Below, piece after piece: positions 50,281-59,898 of a DNA stretch of 64,000 bases. The position numbers were made by a program, and so were the translations under genes. How positions within the stretch are numbered: the stretch's first letter is position 1; each line of letters starts with the position of its first letter. The DNA comes from a candidate division WOR-3 bacterium (GTDB lineage: Bacteria > Hydrothermota > Tepidihabitantia > Tepidihabitantales > Tepidihabitantaceae): NCBI GenBank assembly GCA_026418295.1, contig JAOABP010000001.1, forward strand, positions 96,094 to 160,093. The letters are read 5' to 3'. The notes beneath the pieces were generated by a model. It was not told the DNA's origin. It searched no databases and worked only from the letters and a program-made list of their open reading frames with translations.

Positions 50281-51390
50281 ATGGGTACGCGTTCCAAGGT
50301 AGCGGTTCTGTTTACCAGACCTGAGACAGTACTGGATGACTATCGCCGGCTGCTCAGGCTCGCGGAAGCGGATAAGTACCTCAAGCCCGGGGTTACAACA
50401 ATTCTCAAGGATAATATCTCCTGGCATTTTCCGATGCCCGGCGCTAATACAACACCCTGGCAGCTGGAGGGAACGATACTGGGTTTGCATGATCTGGGTT
50501 ACCGGGACCTGGCAGTGGTTCAGAACAAGACGGTGGTGATTGACACTCACAAGGGTGAAGACCTCAATCGCTACGTGCCGATTTTTCAGAAGTGTGGACT
50601 GCCCGTTCTCTATAATTTCAAGGAATCGGATATGAAATGGATTCCGTTCCGGCCGAAGGCAAAGATGCTGGCGCTGGATCACATTTATCCCGAGGGTTTG
50701 CGCATTCCGGATTATTTCATCGGCAAGAATATCGTGCACCTCCCCACGGTAAAGTGTCATATCTATACGACCACTACAGGCGCAATGAAGAACGCCTTTG
50801 GCGGGCTGCTTTCTACGCACCGCCATTACACTCATACTTGGATTCATGAGACACTGGTGGACCTCTTGGCAATTCAGAAGGAAATTCATCCGGGCATTTT
50901 TGCGGTGATGGATGGTACGACTGCAGGGGATGGTCCGGGACCGAGAACAGTCCGGCCGGTGGTGAAGAATGTAATTCTAGCTTCAGCCGATCAGGTAGCA
51001 ATTGATGCGATTGCAGCAAAGATGATGGGCTTTGATCCGATGACAATTAAATATATCCGGCTGGCGCATGAACAGGGGCTGGGGGTTGGTGATCCGAAAG
51101 AGATTGAGGTGGTGGGTGATGATATTTCAAATGAGAACTGGGGATTCAAAGTTGGTCTGTCGTTCCACCGGTTTCTGGGCTGGCTCTCCTGGTATGGTCC
51201 GACCAGGTTTCTGCAGAAGCTGATCTTCCGGACCTGGCTGGTGAATATTCCGATTTTTGTCTCTGAATTCAATCACGATTTCATTCACTGGCCGTTAAAG
51301 GAACGCAAAATTTACGAGCGCTGGCGTCGTGAGACCGGCTGGGGCCGGCTCTTTCAGGAATACGAGCAGAAGGGCTGTCTGCTGCTGTAA
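50281..51390 (+). CDS. DUF362 domain protein
   Basis: LKDNISW, LPTVKCH..T..TGAMKNAFG, DGTTAGDGPGP, DQVAIDA. Confidence 0.82.
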   Translation: MGTRSKVAVLFTRPETVLDDYRRLLRLAEADKYLKPGVTTILKDNISWHFPMPGANTTPWQLEGTILGLHDLGYRDLAVVQNKTVVIDTHKGEDLNRYVPIFQKCGLPVLYNFKESDMKWIPFRPKAKMLALDHIYPEGLRIPDYFIGKNIVHLPTVKCHIYTTTTGAMKNAFGGLLSTHRHYTHTWIHETLVDLLAIQKEIHPGIFAVMDGTTAGDGPGPRTVRPVVKNVILASADQVAIDAIAAKMMGFDPMTIKYIRLAHEQGLGVGDPKEIEVVGDDISNENWGFKVGLSFHRFLGWLSWYGPTRFLQKLIFRTWLVNIPIFVSEFNHDFIHWPLKERKIYERWRRETGWGRLFQEYEQKGCLLL

Positions 51391-51415
51391 ACAGACCGCA
51401 TCGGGCGAGGTTCAA

Positions 51416-53629
51416 TTGTTTTTATTTTCAGGGGCGGTAGCAGTAATCGGTGCTCTGGGGTTGATTGCACAGGTGGTAATCTTCCGTGAATTTCTCGGGA
51501 TTTTTGCCGGCAATGAGATTTCCGCCGGCGTTTTACTTTCCATCTGGCTGTTGTTTGAAGGGCTGGGCGCCTGGTTTAGTGGCAGGTATGCACCAAGGCT
51601 GGGGAGAGGGCTTTGGGACTGGTTTACAGGAATCGGGATTTTATCCGGATTCTCAACAATTGCCAGCGTTATTTTGATAATATTCAGTCCGAAGCTGGCG
51701 GGTTTAATCCCCGGTGAAATTCTGAATCTGCACCAGCTGATAGCAATAACCATATTGGCAGTGCTGCTGCCGGCAGGCACGCACGGCGCACTGTTTTCAT
51801 TATCAGCCGAAATTTTTTCCCAGGTTGACCGACGGACCGGTGTCAGCCGGGCTTACATTTACGAAGGGCTGGGAACTTTTCTCGCCGGTCTGCTGCTTTA
51901 CTTTCTGCTCCTTTCCCGGCTTGCCGGGATCGGGATTATTCTTCTTTTCACCGGTGTGATGCTGGTTGCGCTGGCACTGATTTACCCCCGTCGAATCCCG
52001 GCGATATGCATTTTTTTGGCAGGCAGTCTGGTGGTGCTGGCGTCCTCTGCGCTTGCTGACAGTTTCAGCCGCAGTTTAATGCAGGCGGTCTGGCGCGGAC
52101 ACCGGGTGCTAGCAGTCCGCGAATCGCCTTATGGCAAGCTGGTTACACTTGAAAGAGAGGGTCGCCGGCAGGTTCTTTATGATGGAACGGTGATAATGGA
52201 CATGCCTCGGTCGGAAATTATCCGGGATGAGGAGCTGGGGTATCTGCCGATGCTGTTTCACGGTAGGCCAAGGGATGTCCTGATTCTGGGAGGGGGGAGA
52301 ATCGGGCTAATTAATGAGGTGCTGAGGTTTCCAGTTTCCCGGGTGCAGGTGATTGAGCTTGATCCGGTACTGATTGCAGAAACAGAACGGGCAGGGGGCC
52401 AGATGGTTGCTGAAATGATGTCTGAGCCAAGGGTGGAGGTAGTCACTGCTGACCCGCGCCGTTTTTTCAGTGTCTCTGATGACAGCTTTGATGTAATTAT
52501 ACTTTCCCTGCCTGCACCGGCGAATCTTAATGCCAATCGTCTCTTCAGCATTGAATTTTATCAGCAGTGTGCCCGGAGATTGAAGCCCGGTGGCATAGTG
52601 GTTACGCCGATGCCCGGCAGTGGAGACAATCTGGTTTTTGAAGCCGGAGTAATTGCCGGAATCAGACAGTCAACACTCGGCAGGGTGTTTCCCTGTGTTT
52701 ATGCCCTGGGGCTTGATGCACCGCTGATAATTGCCAGCATGCAACCGCTTGAATTTTTACCGGAAGTGCTTGCCAACCGGTTGAGAATGGAAAATCCGGG
52801 GTTGACAGTTTTAACACCGGAATATCTCTCTCATTTGCTTGATTCGTTCCGGCAGCAGCGATTCCGGAGCAAAATAGTAAATTCCAGGTTGATAAATTAT
52901 GATTTGCTGCCGGTGGAGCTGTTCTATAATCTGGTGCGCGAGAGCCGTCGGTTTTCCCCCAGAATTGCCGATCTGATGGCAAGACTGCCGCTGGCGGTTG
53001 GGCAGTTAACATTACCGCTGTTGGTAATGGTAATAGTGGTTGCCATCGCTGGCAGTCTGTTACGCTCCGGTTTTGCCCGTGGTTTCGGGATAATGAGCTC
53101 CGGTTTTGCCGGAGCTGGGGTTTCGACGCTGACAATTATGGTTTATCAGCTGCGGTTTGGTTCGGTTTATTCCGGCGTAGCAGTGCTGTTTGCCAGTTTT
53201 ATACTCGGGTCGGTGACGGGTGCATACCTGAGCGAGTGGCTCAAGAGGGTCCGGCTGGGGTTGCTTTTTCTGGGCGGTGATCTGATGTTCTTAGTGATCC
53301 TGGGGATGATGCTTCGATTGGCACGCAGTGGGGGGCAGACACTGTTGGTGTTAACACTGATGTTTGCAGGGTTGATATTAGGCTGGCAGTTCGCGGTTGC
53401 CAGCGCCGAGCGTCAGACAGTGATTTCGAGTGGCGGCAGGACCGCCGGCCTGTTAGGAATACTGGATTTCTCCGGCGGCGCAATCGGCGGATTCACAGTG
53501 GCAGTGGTGCTGGTGCCGGTCACGGGAGTTGTGAATACAATCCTGATAATTGCGGCGGTGAAATTAAGCAGTGCGGTTGCTCAGTTGTTGACATTGGGTA
53601 AATCCCGTTTTACAATCCAGCGTGTTTAA
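51416..53629 (+). CDS. Membrane-fused spermidine synthase-like protein
   Basis: Multiple TM helices flanking ESPYG, VLILGGG, IELDP, LFSIEFY...LKPGG. Confidence 0.78.
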   Translation: MFLFSGAVAVIGALGLIAQVVIFREFLGIFAGNEISAGVLLSIWLLFEGLGAWFSGRYAPRLGRGLWDWFTGIGILSGFSTIASVILIIFSPKLAGLIPGEILNLHQLIAITILAVLLPAGTHGALFSLSAEIFSQVDRRTGVSRAYIYEGLGTFLAGLLLYFLLLSRLAGIGIILLFTGVMLVALALIYPRRIPAICIFLAGSLVVLASSALADSFSRSLMQAVWRGHRVLAVRESPYGKLVTLEREGRRQVLYDGTVIMDMPRSEIIRDEELGYLPMLFHGRPRDVLILGGGRIGLINEVLRFPVSRVQVIELDPVLIAETERAGGQMVAEMMSEPRVEVVTADPRRFFSVSDDSFDVIILSLPAPANLNANRLFSIEFYQQCARRLKPGGIVVTPMPGSGDNLVFEAGVIAGIRQSTLGRVFPCVYALGLDAPLIIASMQPLEFLPEVLANRLRMENPGLTVLTPEYLSHLLDSFRQQRFRSKIVNSRLINYDLLPVELFYNLVRESRRFSPRIADLMARLPLAVGQLTLPLLVMVIVVAIAGSLLRSGFARGFGIMSSGFAGAGVSTLTIMVYQLRFGSVYSGVAVLFASFILGSVTGAYLSEWLKRVRLGLLFLGGDLMFLVILGMMLRLARSGGQTLLVLTLMFAGLILGWQFAVASAERQTVISSGGRTAGLLGILDFSGGAIGGFTVAVVLVPVTGVVNTILIIAAVKLSSAVAQLLTLGKSRFTIQRV

Positions 53630-54980
53630 TTACCGAAAAGGTAGCACAGTTTTAGTTGCCGGCTGGCTTATGCTCCTGTGCTGGACCGGAGTATATGCCC
53701 AGGAGTCCGGTGGTCTAACCGGTCTGGGAGGGATGAGTATTCAGGGGCTGCTGCAGCCGTCAGTTTCGCCCGTGCCCAGTCTTGTCGGGGTGGAGAGTCC
53801 GATAATATCGGACCAGTATATTCTGATGCCCGGCGACCGGCTGCTGGTAACGGTACGGGGAAAGGCGACATTTTCCTATCAGAGTATGATTACTTATGAA
53901 GGGAAGATTACGATCAATCTTCCGCTCGGACCACTGGCACCTTCATACGATGGCACAGGAAAGTCCCTCACGCTGGATGTAGTAGATGCTGTTACCGTTT
54001 CCGGACTTACACTGCGCCAAGCACAGGACACTCTGGCTCAGGTGATGCGTCGCTACTTCCGGGATGCTGAGGTCAAGCTTACTCTGATGGGACTGCGGTC
54101 AGCGATTGTCTTTGTAACTGGTGAGGTGCAATATCCCGGTGCCTACAATGCTTCACCGGTTGAACGGGTTTCGCAGCTGATCGCCCGGGCCGGTGGCCTG
54201 TCGCCCCTCGGGTCCAAAACCAGAATTGTATTGATCCGCGGTGGACTGCCCTTCGCCAATGTGGACATTGAGCGGTTTGAAAATGAGGGGGACCTGCAGG
54301 CAAACCCGTTCATTGAATCGGGTGATGTCATTTATGTGCCACCGGTGGAGGGGCTGGTTACGGTTCGCGGCGCGGTGTTCGGGAGGGGTGAATATCGAAT
54401 CCGGGCCTCTGCTTTGACCACTGAAAAGGAGAGAATGAGCGAAGGGGTATACGAACTGAAACCGGGCGAGCGGGTTTTTGATCTGATCCGGAAGGCGGGG
54501 GGCATTACACCCTGGGCCGATCTGCACAACTGCTATGTTGAGCGACTGGTGCTGGGGGGAAATGGAGAAAGAAAGAGAATTCCGGTCGATCTGCACCGGG
54601 TAATTTTCGAAAACGATTCCTCCCAGAATATTGAACTGGTAAATGCGGATGTGGTAGTGGTGCCGCCAATCAACTCTTTCGTCTATGTTCAGGGAGAAGT
54701 GACCAACCCCGGTTCATTTCTTTACACCCCGCATTTCCGGGTAAGTGATTATGTCGGACAGGCGGGCGGACCTACGGAAAATGGCAATTTAGCCGGGGTA
54801 ACGATTGTTCGTCAGGGGAGACGCATTCCGGCAAGATCCAATCCGGTGGTGGAGGCAGGCGATGTCATTGTTGTGCCCCGTTACGGTATCAGATGGTGGC
54901 AGGATGTGGTAACAATCGTTTCTCAAGTCGGAATTCCCACTGTTTCCCTGATTCTGACGATTATCGCGCTGCAGCGTTAA
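53622..54980 (+). CDS. SLBB-domain polysaccharide export (Wza-like) protein
   Basis: YILMPGDRL, VTGEVQYPGAY, repeated AGG...GDVIYVP SLBB units, C-terminal helix. Confidence 0.85.
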   Translation: MFNYRKGSTVLVAGWLMLLCWTGVYAQESGGLTGLGGMSIQGLLQPSVSPVPSLVGVESPIISDQYILMPGDRLLVTVRGKATFSYQSMITYEGKITINLPLGPLAPSYDGTGKSLTLDVVDAVTVSGLTLRQAQDTLAQVMRRYFRDAEVKLTLMGLRSAIVFVTGEVQYPGAYNASPVERVSQLIARAGGLSPLGSKTRIVLIRGGLPFANVDIERFENEGDLQANPFIESGDVIYVPPVEGLVTVRGAVFGRGEYRIRASALTTEKERMSEGVYELKPGERVFDLIRKAGGITPWADLHNCYVERLVLGGNGERKRIPVDLHRVIFENDSSQNIELVNADVVVVPPINSFVYVQGEVTNPGSFLYTPHFRVSDYVGQAGGPTENGNLAGVTIVRQGRRIPARSNPVVEAGDVIVVPRYGIRWWQDVVTIVSQVGIPTVSLILTIIALQR

Positions 54981-55420
54981 ATTTTCTTTTCCCTTAACGA
55001 TATTTTTCTGATTCTGCGGGTATGACGCCCATTGGTAAATTCTGTTTTCAAAAAGACCCGGACGAGCCTTTTTGCCGTTTCCGGAGTGAGCAGGTCCGCA
55101 CCAAGACACAGAATATTGGCATTGTTGTGCTCCCGGCTGAGACGGGCCATTTTTTCATTAAGGCAGAGAGCCGCCCGCACCCCTGGCAGTTTGTTGGCAG
55201 CAATGGACATGCCGATCCCGGTAGCACAGATCAGTATACCCCGGTTCGCCTTGCCGGTGCCGACCATTTTTCCGACCGCAAATGCGTAATCCGGGTAGTC
55301 GGTCCGCTCGGCAGTAAATGTGCCGCAGTCAATCGCCTGATGGCCCAAGCGGGAAAGCAGTGATTTGAGTGATTCCTTGAGGTAAAATCCGCGGTGATCT
55401 GCTCCCAGTGCAACTTTCAT
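54977..55420 (-). CDS. rpiB: Ribose 5-phosphate isomerase B
   Basis: [42 protein letters not shown]. Confidence 0.95.
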   Translation of the reverse strand: MKVALGADHRGFYLKESLKSLLSRLGHQAIDCGTFTAERTDYPDYAFAVGKMVGTGKANRGILICATGIGMSIAANKLPGVRAALCLNEKMARLSREHNNANILCLGADLLTPETAKRLVRVFLKTEFTNGRHTRRIRKISLREKKI

Positions 55421-56346
55421 CGGACAAAGGTCAGCCAGCCGTAGCGGTCTTCCCGCTTGAGTTCAATGATGGCGAAGAACTCCTGCTGGAGCCGCCGGGT
55501 GACCGGTCCGCATTTGCCATTACCGATGGTGATCCGGTCAACCGAGCGGATCGGTGTGACTTCGGCAGCGCTGCCGGTGAAGAAAATTTCATCTGCCAGA
55601 TAGAGCATTTCCCGCAGCATCATCGTTTCCCGGACTTCGTAACCGAGCTCGCGGGCCAGGGTGATGATGGTATCGCGGGTAATTCCGGGAAGGATAGTGG
55701 CATGGAGCGGAGGGGTGTAGATAACGCCATTGCGTACGACAAACAGATTTTCCCCGGAGCCTTCAGAGACAAAGCCGAAGACATCAAGGGCGATACCTTC
55801 AACAAAGCCGTAGGTCAATGCCTCCATCTTGATCAGCTGGGAGTTCATATAATTGGCGCAGGTCTTGGACATTGCCGGAAAGGTATTGGGTGCCATCCGG
55901 TTCCAGGAGGAGACCATGACATCCACACCCTGTTCCAGCGCCTCCGGGCCCAGGTATTTTCCCCATTTCCAGGTAATCAGGGCAACATCGACCGGACAGC
56001 CGAACGGATTTACTCCCAGCTCCTTATAACCGCGATAGACAATCGGCCGGATGTAACATTCGTCCAGCTCGTTCTTTTTAATCAGTTCCACCGTTGCCTG
56101 ATTGATCTGTTCCCGGGTGAACGGTATTTCCATCCGGTAGATTTTTGCCGAATTGAAAAGGCGGTTGGTGTGATCTGCCAGCCGGAAGACCGCCGGGCCT
56201 TTCGGCGTTTTATAACAGCGCAAGCCTTCAAAGACACCGGTGCCGTAGTGAATCACATGGGAGCAGATATGGATTTTTGCCTCTTCCCAGGGGACATAGT
56301 TGCCATTCATCCAGATGAACCTGGACTTGGTTTCCTCAAGGCCCAT
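55417..56346 (-). CDS. ilvE: Branched-chain amino acid aminotransferase
   Basis: [39 protein letters not shown]. Confidence 0.95.
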   Translation of the reverse strand: MGLEETKSRFIWMNGNYVPWEEAKIHICSHVIHYGTGVFEGLRCYKTPKGPAVFRLADHTNRLFNSAKIYRMEIPFTREQINQATVELIKKNELDECYIRPIVYRGYKELGVNPFGCPVDVALITWKWGKYLGPEALEQGVDVMVSSWNRMAPNTFPAMSKTCANYMNSQLIKMEALTYGFVEGIALDVFGFVSEGSGENLFVVRNGVIYTPPLHATILPGITRDTIITLARELGYEVRETMMLREMLYLADEIFFTGSAAEVTPIRSVDRITIGNGKCGPVTRRLQQEFFAIIELKREDRYGWLTFVR

Positions 56347-56361
56347 TTGACCTCCTTTAAT

Positions 56362-56392
56362 AAAAGTAAAGGCGGAACCTTTGGGCTCCGCC
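56362..56392 (-). terminator. Terminator-like hairpin between tRNA-Met and ilvE
   Basis: Minus strand ggcggagcccaaaggttccgcc followed by tttactttt. Confidence 0.6.
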
Positions 56393-56445
56393 GTGCTTTT
56401 TATTGAACTGAAGTAATATAATCACCGTTGTTCTGCTTTCGTGTA

Positions 56446-56518
56446 TGGTGGCGAAGGGAGTCGAACCCCTGACCCGTGGATTATGATTCCACTGCTCTGC
56501 CAGCTGAGCTACGCCACC
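56446..56518 (-). tRNA. tRNA-Met(CAT), elongator-type, CCA not encoded
   Basis: GGTGGCGTAGCTCAGCTGGCAGAGCAGTGGAATCATAATCCACGGGTCAGGGGTTCGACTCCCTTCGCCACCA cloverleaf with paired G1-C72. Confidence 0.93.
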
Positions 56519-56631
56519 CGTTTTCAGATTTTAATTATCGGCAGGTTCAAGTCAACCTGCGCCGAGCCGGGCTGTTCGTTGACAGCGGAGCAATGTTTTT
56601 TAAGATATTACAAACCTGAAAGGAGGTATTA

Positions 56632-58854
56632 TTGAAGAGGCTACTGGTGATCGTTAGCGTCTGTTTCGGTTTACTGCTGGCACTCTGGACACCAGTCGGT
56701 CCTGGTGGTGGTAATGTGTATTCGGGTGACATCAGCAATACCAACCCGGCGGTGATCTACTTTGCCCCCTATAACAGCTCCACGCGGCTGGTAAAATCGA
56801 CTGATGAAGGGACAACCTGGGTTCAGACTACGGGTGTGCTTTCCGGTTATGTTTATGATCTGCTGGTTCATCCTGCCGATCCCAGTATCGTTTATGCCTG
56901 TCTCGGTTCTTCAATTTACAGGACAACTGACGGCGGTGCATCCTGGATGCGGTTGAATACCCCCAGTTCCAACTACTTCCGGGAGATGGCGTTCAATCCG
57001 CAAAATCCGAATGTGATCTATGCTACGGGATATTACTATGGCGCCAGCCCCTATAAGCAGGTGCTGGTCCGAAGTGATGATGGTGGCAATACCTGGTCTG
57101 CCTTTTATTTTGATACGACAACGACCAACGCCTATGGTTATTCCCTGGCAATTGATCCGGTTGATACTGCCACCGTTTATGTCGGCGGCTACCGGGCTTC
57201 GGGTTTGACGACGCTCCATCGCTCCTCAGACCGGGGTCAGACCTGGGAGGAGCTGCCGTTCGGCATCAGCGGTTATTATCCATATGCGATCTATATCAGT
57301 CCGGCAAATTCGAATCTGATTTTTGTAGCACCCTATACCAGCGGTATCTACCGTTCAACCGACCGGGGTCAGACCTGGACGCGGGTAACCAGTCTGGCTG
57401 CGGTTTACCGGCTCACCGGGGCATCCGGCAACCCGGCGGTGCTTTATGCCTCTACCAGCGGCAGTGTGTATCGCAGTCAGGATACCGGACGGACCTGGAC
57501 AGTTGTCAACCGCGGTCTGTCAGGCACCCCTAATTTCTGCCTGATGAGCAATCCGAACAGCCCGCCGACGGTATATGTCGGGACCAAAACCGGCCTGTTC
57601 CGGTCAGCCAATTATGGTGATACCTGGGAGAATCTGATTGAAGAGCTGTTCCTCAGTCAGGTCAAGGTGGTGGCGCTGGCAGATGATCCGGCGACCCTCT
57701 ATGTGGAGTGTCTGAACGATGGTGTGTATAAATCAACTGATAACGGGTCTACCTGGCGTCGCTGTCCGGATTTTCTCTCCTGCGGGAATATCATCTCCAT
57801 TGCGGTCGATCCGCGCGATCCGCTGACCGTCTGGGCGCTGGAAGGTTCGGGTTGAGGAAACGCCGAGCTCTTCAGGAGCACAGACGGCGGGTCCGTCTGG
57901 ACACAGATTGAAAGTTATCTTGGCGACGGTGCGGCAGTTGCCATGTCACCGGACAACCCTGAGGTAATTTTCACCTGCGGATACGGGTATATCAATAACG
58001 CCTACCGGATTCAGACCTCCTACACAACTGATAACGGTACCACCTGGATCCGGGATACAATCATGGATTCAATTGCCCGGGTGAATGCGTGCATTTTTGA
58101 TCCGTTTGTCCCGAACCGGATTCTGCTGGGCGGAGATTCGATCTACAATTACAAACTGCTGCTGGTGAGTACCGATCTCGGCAATACCTGGGAACATACC
58201 GGCAATGGCCTGAGCGGAATTGTCTATTCGCTGGCCGCTTCTGTCCGGACTCCGGGTCTGATGTATGCGGGCACCAGTCAGGGGTTTTACCGTTCAACTG
58301 ACGGCGGTGCCAGCTGGAACCGGACCGGCACCTTTACCATGGTCCGTTCGGTCGTAATTGACCCTGCAAATGACAGTTTAATCTATGCGGGCACAAGTAC
58401 AGGAATTTTCCGGACGAGTGATGGCGGTGCAACCTGGGTGCAGGACAACGAGGGTCTGGAGGTAACTGACATCCTGACACTGGCGTTCCGGGGCAGTGCG
58501 CCACGGATGATATTTGCCGGCACCAATGGCGGCGGAGTCTATGTCACTACACCACCGACCGGGATTGGTGAGGTGCAGTCAGGGGCTGCCTTCAGACCGG
58601 CGAAACTGCAGGTGCTGCCCAATCCAGTCCGGGGTGAATTTCAGGTTTTCGTCGATGGCGATGCGGGAGAACTGGTTCAGGGTGCGATCTATGATCCTAG
58701 TGGCAGGCTTGTGCATACGCTGACACCTCAGATCGCCGGCAGCGGCAGAGTGCACTGGCTGGTGAATATGCGGGGTTGCGGTAAAGGGGTGTATTTCCTG
58801 CGGGTCCAGGCTCGAACCGGAGAGGTTACCGGCAGGGTGGTTCTGACCGATTAG
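56632..58854 (+). CDS. Secreted BNR/Asp-box (VPS10/Ycf48-like) beta-propeller protein with T9SS-type CTD, containing one in-frame UGA (57853-57855)
   Basis: SD AGGAGGT + TTG, signal peptide; S/T-x-D-x-G-x-x-W repeats continue in frame across the UGA; CTD VLPNP...IYDPSGRLV...GVYFLRV; 740 aa if read through. Confidence 0.7.
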
Positions 58855-58907
58855 CCAGCCGTTTTTCCGGGCTTGACGCCCGGCGGTTTTCCGGATATGC
58901 TCCCTTT

Positions 58908-59810
58908 GTGGAGTTGTCACCGGAATACCGCCGGGCGCTTGTTCAGTTTCTTGATTATCTGAAAAAGGAACGGGGGTATTCATTTCATACCGTCCGCTCC
59001 TATGAGGCGGATCTGAAGCAGTTTTTTGATTTCTGCGCCGAAGTGTTGAACGGCAAGCCGCTGGCGCAGATTGAGCGGAGCGATATCCGGGACTTTGCCG
59101 GAGCGGTGATGCGCTATGGCTACACCGGCAAAAGCACTGCGCGCAAGCTCTCGGTTCTGCGCTCCTTTTTCCGGTTTCTGACCGTAACCGGGGTACTGGA
59201 GCGCAATCCGGCACGGGGGATTAAGGGACCACCGCTGGAACGCCGGCTGCCGCCACTGCTGACCGAGTTTCAGGTGCATGAGGCGCTCAAGCCGCTTGAT
59301 GAGTCAGTCCGGTCGCTGCGCGATGCGGCGATCCTGGAGACGCTTTACGGTTCGGGTCTGCGGGCTTCAGAGCTGGTCGGGCTCAACATTCAGGACATCG
59401 ACTTTGCGGCGGAGAGGATCCGGGTCCTGGGCAAGGGGGGCAAGGAGCGGATTCTGCCTCTGGGACGGAAGGAGGCGGAGGCGATTCAGCGTTATCTGGC
59501 GGTGCGGGGGTATCCGGAGGAAAAGGCAGTGTTTCTCAACCTGCGGGGCAGGCGTCTGACCACCCGTTCGGTTCAGCATATTGTCCGGCGCGCACTGAGC
59601 CGCATCAGTGGTGCCGGTGCCACCAATCCGCACGCCCTGCGCCATGCCTTTGCTACCCATCTGCTGGAGCGGGGTGCGGACCTGCGGGCGGTTCAGGAGC
59701 TCTTGGGGCATGCCTCGCTTTCGTCAACCCAGATTTACACCCATCTGACCGTGGAGCGGCTGCGCCGGATCTATGACAAGGCACACCCCCGTTCCGGCGC
59801 CGAGGATTAG
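58908..59810 (+). CDS. xerC: Tyrosine recombinase XerC
   Basis: RD.AILE.LYGSGLRASEL, GKGGKER, HALRHAFATHLLE.GADLR.VQELLGH, TQIYTH. Confidence 0.88.
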   Translation: MELSPEYRRALVQFLDYLKKERGYSFHTVRSYEADLKQFFDFCAEVLNGKPLAQIERSDIRDFAGAVMRYGYTGKSTARKLSVLRSFFRFLTVTGVLERNPARGIKGPPLERRLPPLLTEFQVHEALKPLDESVRSLRDAAILETLYGSGLRASELVGLNIQDIDFAAERIRVLGKGGKERILPLGRKEAEAIQRYLAVRGYPEEKAVFLNLRGRRLTTRSVQHIVRRALSRISGAGATNPHALRHAFATHLLERGADLRAVQELLGHASLSSTQIYTHLTVERLRRIYDKAHPRSGAED

Positions 59811-59846
59811 CTAACTTAAGTAATTTTTCAATATCTTGAAATGAAT

Positions 59847-59871
59847 ACGGGGCGGGACAAACCCGCCCCGT
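59847..59871. terminator. GC-rich hairpin between convergent genes
   Basis: acggggcggg-acaaa-cccgccccgt. Confidence 0.7.
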
Positions 59872-59898
59872 CAAGATTTACGGTTTGAGTATTAACTG

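Noticed and set aside
59811-59846. dif site beside xerC
   Set aside because: AT-rich with a small palindrome but no 11-6-11 XerC/XerD arm structure; the XerD-like arm near 13050 also lacks a partner arm.
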